Source of the DNA: a virus
UHGV virus genome: UHGV-0251319
DNA: 36,001 bases
Strand: one strand, 5' to 3'
Shown: piece after piece, positions 1 through 9,249 of the stretch
How positions within the stretch are numbered: position 1 is the stretch's first letter
Layout of the letters: every line of letters starts with the position of its first letter
Notes under the pieces: generated by a model
The model's database searches: none
What the model was told of the DNA's origin: nothing
What the model saw: the letters and a program-made list of their open reading frames with translations, nothing else
Translations under genes and position numbers: made by a program

Positions 1-36
1 AATGAGATTTAAAATCTTCTAGATTAATTTCCATAA

Positions 37-1368
37 TTATTCACCTGGATTAGGTGCTGGGGTTGTACTTAAGTCTAAGCTATAAACAGGTGTTTCAAAC
101 GGCCCATAAATTAATTGACCATCGTTTAAATGATAAATTTTAAACCCGACTTTATTTTCACACGCAAATAGTTCAGTTAATTTTTCAATTTCCAATGAGC
201 CAATAACATCTTGAATGTGGAAATAAGAGAAATTACCGAAATAGATCACTGGTACTGTTGGATCGAATTTCTTCGTAGTTTCATTGTATTTATCTGCGTA
301 GTCTGTAACTTCTACTGGATAAGTAAATAACTTGTAATCAAAATCATCATTCCCAGCATCTTTAAGAATTGGATTACCAGTGCTATCTAGCATGGATTCC
401 AACAATGTTTGTGCTGCACGATTGATCATAAAGCGAGCGCCTGAACGCATAGCAGTCGGTAAAGCATTTTTTAATTGAACAACTTTTAAATAATCATTGT
501 CACCTTTACCAGTAAAGGCTACGGCTTTTTTAGCTAATGCTCCTTTGTTATCAGGACTTGAAAAATACCAGAATGTTTCTTTACGCAAGTACGCTTTCTT
601 TAGTTCATCTAACACGATAGCTTCAATGTCAAAGTCTGACATATGCGTTAATTTCTTCGTGACTTTAATAATTGCATCAAATTCGATTGGGTTTAAGTAA
701 ACATCATCAAATTCAATGTCAGTAAATGGAATTAAATTATTTTCATCACGTTCACTAGTAACTGTATTTGCTTCGGCTTGTTTTACTTGTACTGGGAAAC
801 CTTGAGTTCCTTTAGTTTGATGAACACTTGCAAATTTACGCAAAGGATTTTCTTCTTGTAGGTAAGAAATAATCTCTTTACTTAATTCTTGTGGCACCAA
901 TACTTTACCGTTGTTAAAACCAACACCAAATGAACGAGCTTGATTAGGTGTAATTCGACCAGCCAAATAGCGTAAGAACGCGCTACGTCGAGTTAATTTT
1001 TTCACTTTTTCTTCTCCCCGACTTGAAATACCTTTCCCGATAATATCTAAAACACGGCTGCGTTCTTTATCGTCAGCTGGTTCTAAATCATCTTCTTCAG
1101 TGCCTTTTCCGTCTACTTCTTCAACAATTTCATCAGTTGCTGCGCCTAAATCATCTACGACATCGCCTAATTCTGTCACATCTTCTTCAGGCAATTCTGC
1201 GATAGCATCGTTGATTTCGTCTAATTCTGCTGTGACTTCCTCCACTTGTGATTCAATATCACTTAATTCATCACGTGTTAAAGTTTCACTTTTTGCACGT
1301 TCTTCCATTGAAGCTAATTTTGCTTTTAATTTAGCAGCTCGTTTTTCTAAAATTTTACGCATTTTCAT
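37..1368 (-). CDS. Major capsid protein, HK97 fold, with an acidic coiled-coil N-terminal scaffold-like (delta) domain. No separate scaffold gene lies between the protease and the capsid gene.
   Basis: 443 aa ORF directly downstream of the prohead protease. The N-terminal 110 aa are highly charged (EE/DD-rich). The C-terminal part has capsid-like composition. Its position follows portal and protease. Confidence 0.8.
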   Translation of the reverse strand: MKMRKILEKRAAKLKAKLASMEERAKSETLTRDELSDIESQVEEVTAELDEINDAIAELPEEDVTELGDVVDDLGAATDEIVEEVDGKGTEEDDLEPADDKERSRVLDIIGKGISSRGEEKVKKLTRRSAFLRYLAGRITPNQARSFGVGFNNGKVLVPQELSKEIISYLQEENPLRKFASVHQTKGTQGFPVQVKQAEANTVTSERDENNLIPFTDIEFDDVYLNPIEFDAIIKVTKKLTHMSDFDIEAIVLDELKKAYLRKETFWYFSSPDNKGALAKKAVAFTGKGDNDYLKVVQLKNALPTAMRSGARFMINRAAQTLLESMLDSTGNPILKDAGNDDFDYKLFTYPVEVTDYADKYNETTKKFDPTVPVIYFGNFSYFHIQDVIGSLEIEKLTELFACENKVGFKIYHLNDGQLIYGPFETPVYSLDLSTTPAPNPGE

Positions 1369-1952
1369 TATTTATATTCTCCAATCGTTTTTAAAATTTT
1401 ATTTCTTAATTTAATTGTTTCAATGTTTTTTTCTTGGAACTTACTTCTTAATGAAGCTTCAGTATCTTCGTATGCAGGCAAAGGTACAATTGAGACTTCC
1501 CACAAATCAACATTGGTAATTCTAATAAGTGGAACATCACCAGAATAGTCCTCTTCTTGTGCAGTTACCCAGAAACCAAAACTACATTGATTAATATCAC
1601 CACGCGACATTGATTCTTTTAAATCATTCGCAAATGTGGTGTTCGGCAATGTAACCTCAAAATGCAACCCTCTTGAATCTTCTTCAATAATTAATGTATT
1701 AGCACTTTTACGGCCTAACACGTAATTCCAATCATGATTGAATAAGCAGCGAACATCTTTGTTTTTTGCTAGTGATTCGGAAAATGCACCAGGTGCAATC
1801 TCTTCATCATACCAACCATCTATGTTCGTACGTGAGTTAAAAACAGACGCGTACCCCTCAACTACAGTTGATTCACTGCCATCATCTAGGGAACGCGTCG
1901 TCATGTTTTTAATATCAAAACTTCTAATTTCCAACTTATCCAGTTGAATCAC
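1368..1952 (-). CDS. Prohead maturation protease (HK97 / S78 family)
   Basis: 194 aa ORF between the portal and capsid genes. The size and synteny are typical. Its start overlaps the capsid gene. Confidence 0.75.
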   Translation of the reverse strand: MIQLDKLEIRSFDIKNMTTRSLDDGSESTVVEGYASVFNSRTNIDGWYDEEIAPGAFSESLAKNKDVRCLFNHDWNYVLGRKSANTLIIEEDSRGLHFEVTLPNTTFANDLKESMSRGDINQCSFGFWVTAQEEDYSGDVPLIRITNVDLWEVSIVPLPAYEDTEASLRSKFQEKNIETIKLRNKILKTIGEYK

Positions 1953-3105
1953 CTTCTTCCATTTTAGACTTGTTAAGCTCGGTTAGTTCATCTAGCCCAA
2001 TCAAATCTTTCGATGCATAGAGCTTGGTTGATTCTTCTGTATTTAATCGTTCGGCACCTAAATCCACGCGTGCATCATCAGGTGTATAAACCATAGTACG
2101 AACTAAACCTTGCGTATTTGTGATTTTTTGTGACATTGTTAAATACTTTTTAATATCAATTGTTAAAGAAATACGATTTGTTGATTCTGGTCCAAAATAT
2201 AGTTCCGTTAAATGTTCACAGACATTCTGAACAATCGGATCAACAACGAATGCTTTTAAATAAATCGCTGCTTTCTCTAAATCAACTTTTAATAATTGAT
2301 TGTATGCGTCAGGATCAAAACCTAAAAACTTTGCAAGTTCTGGTTTATAGACATTTAAATACGAAAGAATTTTATCGTCTTGAACAGGACTTTCGAATCC
2401 TTCGATGGCGTAACCTTTAGACAACGGAATAATGACAGTCTTTCCTTCGTCTGGAATTTCTTCTAGTTGTCCTTGAATGGCATCAAGCATTGCGTTTTGC
2501 ATTGCGTTTTTTGGTGACAAATGAGTATCTAATTTCAGTAAGTACGCCAACAAGCCGCCTTTTTTATATTTTTCTGTCAAAGCTTTTTCTGCATTCATGA
2601 CCCCTTCTAAAGTATCTCTAGCTAAATCAATCAGTCCATTGCCATAATTATTCGATAATCCAATATTTTTAATTTGGCGAACTTCATTTTGATAAAGCGT
2701 ATGGCCGTCATATTTAAATTGTTTGATACCTTCTTCTGATATTTCTGGTGTAATTCCCTTCATGATGTGAAGCTGTTTACCGTCTTTCACCACAAATACT
2801 TCTCCTTGTAACAAATAGACATTTACAAGCAAACGTTTGAATTCAAAGTCGGTTAAATAACCATTTGGATGTTTCAAACTCTGCAGTTCTTTGGCTCCCT
2901 TAATGTCTTTTCCATCTTCTTTTTCGATTGTCCACGATCCACAAGCAAACATATTGGAAATTGCTAAAAGATAGTGATAAACGTCGCTAGAAGATAAAAT
3001 ATTTTCGTCACCCAAGACAAATTGATTCGCAAGTATTGAACTACCTAATACTTTTTTCTTACTCGACATACGAAATCTTTGATTGAACCATGATCTAATT
3101 CCCAA
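1936..3105 (-). CDS. Portal protein (HK97-family portal)
   Basis: 389 aa ORF immediately downstream of the large terminase. Size and position fit a portal. Confidence 0.8.
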   Translation of the reverse strand: MGIRSWFNQRFRMSSKKKVLGSSILANQFVLGDENILSSSDVYHYLLAISNMFACGSWTIEKEDGKDIKGAKELQSLKHPNGYLTDFEFKRLLVNVYLLQGEVFVVKDGKQLHIMKGITPEISEEGIKQFKYDGHTLYQNEVRQIKNIGLSNNYGNGLIDLARDTLEGVMNAEKALTEKYKKGGLLAYLLKLDTHLSPKNAMQNAMLDAIQGQLEEIPDEGKTVIIPLSKGYAIEGFESPVQDDKILSYLNVYKPELAKFLGFDPDAYNQLLKVDLEKAAIYLKAFVVDPIVQNVCEHLTELYFGPESTNRISLTIDIKKYLTMSQKITNTQGLVRTMVYTPDDARVDLGAERLNTEESTKLYASKDLIGLDELTELNKSKMEEGDSTG

Positions 3106-3123
3106 ATTCCCACCTCCTTTCAG

Positions 3124-4857
3124 TTATTTTCTGTTGTAAAGCTGTTTAATATAATCCTCATATTCTTCTTCGCTTCCAACTTCCACCATTAAATCCATTG
3201 AATCTTTATGACCAATTAAAAAAGCCACAAAACCATCAATATGTTCTGGTGACTTTCTTTTGCTGGGCGCTTTTTGACTTTGTATATTCGTTACAACTGT
3301 TGTATTGTTGGTACAAAAAATAAATAACGGATTGTCAGTTTGAACTCGTCCGTTATCTACTAGTATTTCAAAATCATCTAGCATTTCATTCATTACTGAT
3401 GGATATTGACCTACTTCGGCCGTATTGAATCCTTCCATTTCAAAACGTTCCACTAACTTTTCAGACATAGCTGGATCATAATTGATTTGAATAATGTCTA
3501 ATTCGTATTTGTTGTACATGTCAATGACATAGTTATAGACAAGATCATAATCAACAGTACGACCCTCACAAAGCGTTACAAAACCTTGTTCTGCATAATA
3601 TTGATAAGGAACATTTCTTAATTTTTCTTTTTCTTCAATATTATGCGTTGGTACAAAATACATTTGTTTTATTTTTATAATGCTTTCACCTTCATCATTA
3701 AAGGTTGGAATATTAATTGATACGCATGTCAAGTCAGTTGTTCTGGATAAATCAATACCGATAGCGACTTGTTCGCCTGTAATATCTCCTAAATCATCTA
3801 CCAAGCAATTATCAATTTGTTCTTTATCAAAATAATTTTCGGCATAATTGACAAAAACATTCAAATGCTTTGATAGAAACTCGGCTTTCCTAAATGGATT
3901 TCGTAAGGCATCTTTAAATTCCCCACGTAAAAAAGTGATATCAAACGAGACATATAAATTCGGATTGACCATTTCCCAAACTTTTTCATCTTCCCAGTTG
4001 TAACCTTTATTTGGTTCATAAATCATAATGAACCAGTCATCGTCATTATCTTCTTCAAGAATATGTTTACTATCTTGATAAATTTGAACACCTAAGGCCC
4101 CACTGTTTTTACCAGCAGTAGAACAAACTAAAAATAATGGTTCTGGTTGTGCAGCTTGTCCTGATTTCAAACCATCATATCTCGACGTGTCCTCCCACTC
4201 GTGAACTTCATCGGCAACAACAATATAAGTATTTTTACCATCGACTTTTTCACGCTTAGATAACACACGCAAATTGTTTTGATATTTGAAATCATCTTCA
4301 AAGAAAGCGTAACTGATAGTCGTTACTTTCTTTTCTTTCCGATAAACACGTGTACCATCAAGTAAATCATTATCGTTTTCAATAACGGTTGCTAAAGGAT
4401 TGGCAACATTTTGCGCTTGGTCAAAATCAGCGGCTAGGCAGTAAAATTGGGCGCCCTTCACACCTTCTCCATACATTCCATATAAAATTGGCGCGCCTTC
4501 CATTAAAGACTTACCGTTTTTCTTTGGCACCTGCAGGTATGATTTACGAATAACACGAACATTTCGTTGCCACTTATCAGACCATTTTTGCCAACCATAA
4601 ATATTTGAGAAATAAAACTTCTGCCAATCTTCTAATTCGAGCGGTTGCCCCGACCATTCACCAGTTGAATGTTTATAAAATGATTCGGTAAAACTTAGCA
4701 TCAAATTTGCTTTTTCCAGATCAAAGAAAATATCTTTCCGTTTCTTCCACTTGTTATATCGTTTAACTGCTAAATAGATTGATTTTGGATACCGTTCTTT
4801 GTGTCTGCGAACCGATTTGGCAAATTTATCAGCATAATTGACAGTCATATCAATCAT
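3124..4857 (-). CDS. terL: Terminase large subunit
   Basis: 577 aa. ATPase-like N-terminal region and nuclease-like C-terminal region. It follows the small subunit with a 4-nt overlap. Confidence 0.9.
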   Translation of the reverse strand: MIDMTVNYADKFAKSVRRHKERYPKSIYLAVKRYNKWKKRKDIFFDLEKANLMLSFTESFYKHSTGEWSGQPLELEDWQKFYFSNIYGWQKWSDKWQRNVRVIRKSYLQVPKKNGKSLMEGAPILYGMYGEGVKGAQFYCLAADFDQAQNVANPLATVIENDNDLLDGTRVYRKEKKVTTISYAFFEDDFKYQNNLRVLSKREKVDGKNTYIVVADEVHEWEDTSRYDGLKSGQAAQPEPLFLVCSTAGKNSGALGVQIYQDSKHILEEDNDDDWFIMIYEPNKGYNWEDEKVWEMVNPNLYVSFDITFLRGEFKDALRNPFRKAEFLSKHLNVFVNYAENYFDKEQIDNCLVDDLGDITGEQVAIGIDLSRTTDLTCVSINIPTFNDEGESIIKIKQMYFVPTHNIEEKEKLRNVPYQYYAEQGFVTLCEGRTVDYDLVYNYVIDMYNKYELDIIQINYDPAMSEKLVERFEMEGFNTAEVGQYPSVMNEMLDDFEILVDNGRVQTDNPLFIFCTNNTTVVTNIQSQKAPSKRKSPEHIDGFVAFLIGHKDSMDLMVEVGSEEEYEDYIKQLYNRK

Positions 4858-5312
4858 GATTGACCACCACGCATCTTTCTAAATTCAACCAAACGATTAT
4901 TTGTTTGTGGTTCATCTTTTTTAGCTTCTTCTTTTTTCTTAGCATTTTCACTTGCTAAAGGATCAACATAATCAAGGCCACCGCTTTTCATATCAAGGCC
5001 TAGTTGGTTTAATAACTTAGTTTTTTTCTCACTCCAAACTTCAACTTGTTGGGCCAAAGGATGCTTAATTTCGTTTCTTGACCCATTTTTGTTTGTGTGA
5101 ACTTTTGTGGATTTAAAACCACTGTCTTTCCACTCTAAATACTTGATATGATAGACTTCACACGCATCCAGATACATTTCAATCAAAGGGTTCAAAGCAG
5201 GCGTGAACTTTCCTAATGATTTTAATATTTCTATGATACGCATTCGCTCAAATTCCTTATGTTGCAAGGCTTCATCAAGGATTTTTTGTTTTTTACTTTT
5301 ACGTCCAGCCAT
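4854..5312 (-). CDS. terS: Terminase small subunit (P27-like)
   Basis: 152 aa basic protein (MAGRKSKKQK...). It lies directly upstream of terL and downstream of an HNH gene, which is the classic cos-phage arrangement. Confidence 0.7.
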   Translation of the reverse strand: MAGRKSKKQKILDEALQHKEFERMRIIEILKSLGKFTPALNPLIEMYLDACEVYHIKYLEWKDSGFKSTKVHTNKNGSRNEIKHPLAQQVEVWSEKKTKLLNQLGLDMKSGGLDYVDPLASENAKKKEEAKKDEPQTNNRLVEFRKMRGGQS

Positions 5313-5415
5313 TTTTACCCCCCTTTCTTTTTTTGAAAATGCTCTGGAGGTGTCTAAAGAGGTCCCCCTACCCTATCCCCATGAAAAAAAATTTAAATTA
5401 ATTTCAGAGGGGGGC
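5313..5415. other. Putative cos (cohesive-end) region
   Basis: HNH-terS intergenic region. It has G/C tracts that are unusual in this AT-rich genome (ACCCCCCT ... CCCCCTACCCTATCCCC ... AGGGGGGC) and a 7-bp inverted repeat CCCCCCT/AGGGGGG about 75 nt apart. Confidence 0.35.
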
Positions 5416-5799
5416 TTAAAAATAATCTGCGGGATTATAATTTTTTTTCATTTCAATTTCTTTTTGCGTTTGTGGACGATATTCAACTTTTGGATGACAC
5501 GTTGCACAAACCAAACGTAAGTTGTTCATGTCTAATCTTATATTTGGATTCAACCAAATTGGCTTGATATGATCCACTTGACTATCACGACCAAACACAG
5601 GTTTATGACAAATTGTACATTTATACTTATCACGAAAGCGGACAGCATCAGCAACGCTTTTCCAGTCATCTGATTTGTAGAATGATTTGTTTTTAGAATA
5701 GTAACGTTTGATCACTCGCTTCTTTCGCTTATGCTCGTCGCAGTAGCTACCCTTTTCTAATAGAGTACGGCAACCTTCTTGGCGGCAATACTTAGGCAT
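5416..5799 (-). CDS. HNH endonuclease (terminase-associated)
   Basis: 127 aa. CxxC...CxxC zinc motif plus an H-N-H motif (DHIKPIW...N...CATCH). It sits next to terS. Confidence 0.85.
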   Translation of the reverse strand: MPKYCRQEGCRTLLEKGSYCDEHKRKKRVIKRYYSKNKSFYKSDDWKSVADAVRFRDKYKCTICHKPVFGRDSQVDHIKPIWLNPNIRLDMNNLRLVCATCHPKVEYRPQTQKEIEMKKNYNPADYF

Positions 5800-6079
5800 C
5801 TTTCAACACGGTGCGCTTTTCGATAGGATCCCACACCTCAACCCCAAATGGTGTTTGGCGTTCAATTGTTTGTGGTGCTTCATCATTAGTAGATTCGTAT
5901 TTAATACCTTCATTACTAATTGTTAGGTCACCAACTTTAATAGTCCCTGTTGTAATTTCATTAGCTTCAACAGGTTCTTCAGTTACTTCCACATTGTCAG
6001 GTTGCTCAACTTCTTTAACTGCTGGTTTCTTTTTAGCAGTCTTTGTTTCCTGCACTTCTTCTTTCTTTGCTTTTGCCAT
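5792..6079 (-). CDS. Hypothetical phage protein (Lys/Glu-rich N-terminus)
   Basis: 95 aa ORF whose start lies 4 nt inside the upstream HNH ORF. Plausible RBS GAAAGGGGA. Confidence 0.4.
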   Translation of the reverse strand: MAKAKKEEVQETKTAKKKPAVKEVEQPDNVEVTEEPVEANEITTGTIKVGDLTISNEGIKYESTNDEAPQTIERQTPFGVEVWDPIEKRTVLKDA

Positions 6080-6114
6080 TTGACATTTCCCCTTTCAAAA
6101 TGAAAACCCTACTA

Positions 6115-6151
6115 CAATTAAAACAAAAAGGACTGCATATAAATGCAGTCC
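6115..6151 (-). terminator. Rho-independent terminator downstream of tRNA-Trp
   Basis: Perfect 10-bp stem AGGACTGCAT/ATGCAGTCCT with loop ATAA (6128..6151). On the minus strand it is followed by TTTTTGTTTTAATT. Confidence 0.6.
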
Positions 6152-6231
6152 TAGTGAAAGGTAGTAGCGCCAATTTGTTTGTCCGAACATTCATTGACGA
6201 TCTATATTATTTAAGTAGCTTATGCCACTTA

Positions 6232-6303
6232 CTGGAACAATAGGACTCGAACCTATACTAACGGTTTTGGAGACCGCTGCTCTACCGATTAAGCTATGCT
6301 CCA
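6232..6303 (-). tRNA. trnW: tRNA-Trp (anticodon CCA), phage-encoded
   Basis: Manual cloverleaf fold. Acceptor stem UGGAGCA/UGUUCCA (one G-U pair), D-stem GCUU/GAGC, anticodon stem GCGGU/ACCGU, loop CU-CCA-AA, variable loop UAGU, T-stem AUAGG/CCUAU with loop UUCGAGU, discriminator G. The CCA tail is not encoded. Confidence 0.85.
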
Positions 6304-6603
6304 TTAACTCTCGCAAACCTGTAGAAAAAAGAGAGAGGAAATCCACCTCACTTCTTTAGTTTTATAATTTGCAGTTTGCGAGAGAATCTAAATGAGATCA
6401 CAAGTGACTAAACGAAGAAAGTAGATTTTTTTACTTCCTTGTAATCTCAAATCAAAAAAATAAGTAGGCAATCGTTCCGTTAATGTATTTGTGTAAGTGT
6501 GTCGCATTTCTTATTTTTTTGACACTATCATAATAACCCGTTTCAAAGGTATATGAAGTGTAGATAAAGTGTATAAAAGAGGTATAAAAAGTGTAATAAA
6601 TGG

Positions 6604-7122
6604 CTACTTAAAAGCAACCAGTTCCAGTGCCGAAGCAAATTGAACAATAATCATATTAGATTCTTGTTTCACTGATTCTTCGCTGATGCAATTCCGTTGC
6701 GCTGCTAGATAGATCGGATTGCCGTTGATATAACGGTCATAGAAGATTCTTTTTCTTCGCTCGGTAACATCTGGTTTGTGCGGATGCTGAATCGCAGAAT
6801 AACCTCTAACAAAAAGCTTATGAAGGTAATCAAACTCTTCTTGGGCTTCTTCTTTCTGGATTAACATTTGCTCGGCTTCGAAAACGTTATTGGCCGTTGA
6901 TGGTGGAACCAAAGAGAATGAAGCTGTTACTTTTGGTTCCCTCGGCTGGCCAACACGACATCTAGCAGCAAGATAGGCAGATAGGAACACACTGACATTA
7001 TGTTTTGTTTGTTCCATATCTACGTCCTTTGCATCTGGTGTTTCATATTTCTTTACGTCAAAAAGTACCATCCTTTGATTCCCCCGTTTATGGTATAATA
7101 TTCGTGTCGAGAATATTACCAA
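6604..7122 (-). CDS. arpU: ArpU-family late-gene transcriptional regulator. The ORF call begins at a TTG; the likely true start is the ATG at 7071.
   Basis: 155-172 aa. Its position, just upstream of the packaging module, is typical for ArpU/late activators in Enterococcus, Listeria and Lactococcus phages. Composition resembles the ArpU family. Confidence 0.6.
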   Translation of the reverse strand: MVIFSTRILYHKRGNQRMVLFDVKKYETPDAKDVDMEQTKHNVSVFLSAYLAARCRVGQPREPKVTASFSLVPPSTANNVFEAEQMLIQKEEAQEEFDYLHKLFVRGYSAIQHPHKPDVTERRKRIFYDRYINGNPIYLAAQRNCISEESVKQESNMIIVQFASALELVAFK

Positions 7123-7460
7123 CAGCCGGAGGAATCCGGCTTTTTATTTTTCTACTAAATATACTTTTTACAATACGTACTATGAGATAGTATTTTCAAA
7201 TACATTTACTCATGATATAATCATATTAACTTTCTTGGGGATTTTATTTCTGAAATAAATTTCTCCTTTTCTATGATAACTGGCGGAAAACAGTTATCGA
7301 TAGTTCCTGTCTCCACCAGAGACACAATGTCAACCTTATTTGTTGGCACTATTAGCACTTTACTTGGGAAAAGTGCTAACTACCACATTAGTCAGCCATT
7401 GGTCGGCTGGCTTTTTGTTTGCAAAAAATCGGCTAGTTATTGTAAAAAAGTTGCAATAAG

Positions 7461-7709
7461 TTAAAACTCCAATGTAATTGGCCTCCCGTATTTTAAAATT
7501 CTCCATTCGCCATCTTTTGTATTGGTTTTATTCATATGATTTCTTTCATCACGAGCTATCGTATAATCGAAAAATAAATCGGCTTTCTCTGCTCCATGTA
7601 AGTACTCAACATACACTCCATCAACTTGCCTTCCTAAGATAAAAACTTCTGGATAACTCATACGCTGGAACCCCCTAAATATAGCCCTAATCCCAAAATA
7701 AACGAGCAT
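7461..7709 (-). CDS. Hypothetical phage protein. The probable start is the internal M at 7661, which gives an ATGA overlap with the upstream ORF.
   Basis: The 82 aa ORF track entry; reading from the internal M (about 7661) gives MSYPEVFILGRQ.... Confidence 0.4.
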   Translation of the reverse strand: MLVYFGIRAIFRGFQRMSYPEVFILGRQVDGVYVEYLHGAEKADLFFDYTIARDERNHMNKTNTKDGEWRILKYGRPITLEF

Positions 7710-7843
7710 GAAAGGAAATAAACAAGGTCACTGCTTGTTATGTCATTGCCATACACGAAATAGCTCACGGTTGCTTTGGCTACAAGAATCATTATTGCAA
7801 TGCCACTAACTTTATTTATTACTCTTTTCCAGTTGCGTTTCAT
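7658..7843 (-). CDS. Small 2-TM membrane protein
   Basis: 61 aa with two hydrophobic helices. It abuts the upstream DUF1642 gene stop. Confidence 0.35.
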   Translation of the reverse strand: MKRNWKRVINKVSGIAIMILVAKATVSYFVYGNDITSSDLVYFLSCSFILGLGLYLGGSSV

Positions 7844-8575
7844 TTATTCACCATCCACTTTCACAGCAAACAGCCAGTAACGTTCATCAATTGCTTTGAT
7901 TTCTTGTTCTGTATGTTTCAGTCTTCCGATGCATAACCCTTTATTGCCTTGTGTATATACAGCTCCATCGGTATCAGTCCAAAGATAACAAAACTCTGTG
8001 TCACCGATTTTTGGTAAAGCAACATAAAATAGAGGTTCTTCATTTTCATTCCTTAACTCTTCAATTGATATGCATTCTGAGCAATCGATACTATTCATTT
8101 TTTTAACTTCTGTATTTATACCAATGAGATTAGCAACTTCCAACGCTTCTTCTTCCTTTTTAAAAACAATAATTTTCTCGTCGCATCTAAAATAATCTGT
8201 AACACCTCTGACCGCCCAATACAACTGCTCTTTCTCGACTTCATATCCCTCTAACCACGCACGAGCATACGTCTCTTCATTGTCCTTTATCCAACTATTA
8301 ACCTTACCGTATTCAGCGCCATATAGGTCCCACGGTTTGAATGAAGCGCTTAGACTATCACCTTTCTTTTTGGCATACTCAATCCATTCCGCAACAAACT
8401 TCGGCACCACGACTTTTTTCGGTTCGTCTAGCTGTTTTGCTAAGCTAATTGCTCTTTCGTTGGCATAGTCAGCACCTCTCAAATAATCAAGGCTGTCTGT
8501 AGAAACTTCTATGCATTCTAACTCTTCAATCAATTCTTGTTTATTCATCGCTGTTTCCCTCCTATGGATATGCAT
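7844..8575 (-). CDS. DUF1642-like phage protein
   Basis: The MNKQELIEELE ... VVVPKFVAEWIEYAKK N-terminus resembles the DUF1642 family that is common in Firmicutes phages. The true start is probably the second Met, around 8548. Confidence 0.5.
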   Translation of the reverse strand: MHIHRRETAMNKQELIEELECIEVSTDSLDYLRGADYANERAISLAKQLDEPKKVVVPKFVAEWIEYAKKKGDSLSASFKPWDLYGAEYGKVNSWIKDNEETYARAWLEGYEVEKEQLYWAVRGVTDYFRCDEKIIVFKKEEEALEVANLIGINTEVKKMNSIDCSECISIEELRNENEEPLFYVALPKIGDTEFCYLWTDTDGAVYTQGNKGLCIGRLKHTEQEIKAIDERYWLFAVKVDGE

Positions 8576-8747
8576 TTATTGCTTTGCCATAACAAGTAGA
8601 ATCACATGCTTGATAAGTTAATTGCCACTTATCATTCATATCAATTTTTTTACCGCATTCTACACACCTGACATTCCCATCTTCGCTATATCCGTTTTTA
8701 ATTAGCCACTTTTTGAATTGCTTATTTTTTTGGCGTTTATTCAACAA
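8562..8747 (-). CDS. Small zinc-finger protein (CxxC...CxxC)
   Basis: 61 aa with CVECGK....CDSTCYGK. Confidence 0.35.
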   Translation of the reverse strand: MLNKRQKNKQFKKWLIKNGYSEDGNVRCVECGKKIDMNDKWQLTYQACDSTCYGKAINAYP

Positions 8748-8959
8748 GATTCCTCCACTTCGTTAAATCCGCAAACTAATGAGTTCATGTTCCAAATGCC
8801 GCCGCCTTCAAGAGCAACTTTTCTTTTGTCTTTCTCAGGAAATTCAAGAATCAACCCATTCACTAATACTGTTTTTACTACTAAAAATTTGTCTGTGTAT
8901 TGTGGAACTCCTTCACCGATATACTTTACTTTGTCTCCTGGTTGAATACTCATACTCAT
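8741..8959 (-). CDS. Hypothetical phage protein
   Basis: 72 aa ORF in the early operon, overlapping the downstream gene by a few nt. Confidence 0.35.
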   Translation of the reverse strand: MSMSIQPGDKVKYIGEGVPQYTDKFLVVKTVLVNGLILEFPEKDKRKVALEGGGIWNMNSLVCGFNEVEESC

Positions 8960-8970
8960 TCCGATACCTC

Positions 8971-9249
8971 CTAAAGCAAACCGCTGTCAATCAGCAATAC
9001 TTCGCCTTTTTCTTCAAGATTTTCTAACTGATTGAAAGCTTCTTCTGCGCCAGTCTTGTCACCCTCTTCTGTATGACTTTTAGCAAGCATTTTGAACGCT
9101 TCGTATTTATCAATTGTTTTGATTTCCTCGAAAAACTCTTTTTCGTCCTCTACGTCGCAAACAATATCCTTGTAAAGTTTTAAACATTGTTTTTCATCTT
9201 CAGCAGCGATTAATGCAAAATAAGGTTCTTTCATTTCATAAAATTTCAT
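8971..9249 (-). CDS. Hypothetical acidic phage protein
   Basis: 92 aa ORF in the operon. Confidence 0.35.
   Translation of the reverse strand: MKFYEMKEPYFALIAAEDEKQCLKLYKDIVCDVEDEKEFFEEIKTIDKYEAFKMLAKSHTEEGDKTGAEEAFNQLENLEEKGEVLLIDSGLL

Noticed and set aside
497-1414. Plus-strand ORFs 497..700 and 1100..1414 (and similar plus-strand ORFs at 1738, 2160, 5203, 5811, 6043, 8280, 8718, 8779, 10397, 10747, 11248, 12024, 12237, 12608, 12610)
   Set aside because: They lie antisense inside well-supported minus-strand genes, have low-complexity or Ser/Leu-rich translations, and have no RBS. They are typical shadow ORFs.
6232-6303. Suppressor tRNA
   Set aside because: The anticodon reads CCA (Trp), with U33 and A37 in the expected places. 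It is not a stop-codon suppressor.
7273-7464. 63-aa plus-strand ORF in the arpU upstream region
   Set aside because: No RBS and odd composition. The region looks regulatory (hairpins and palindromes) rather than coding.
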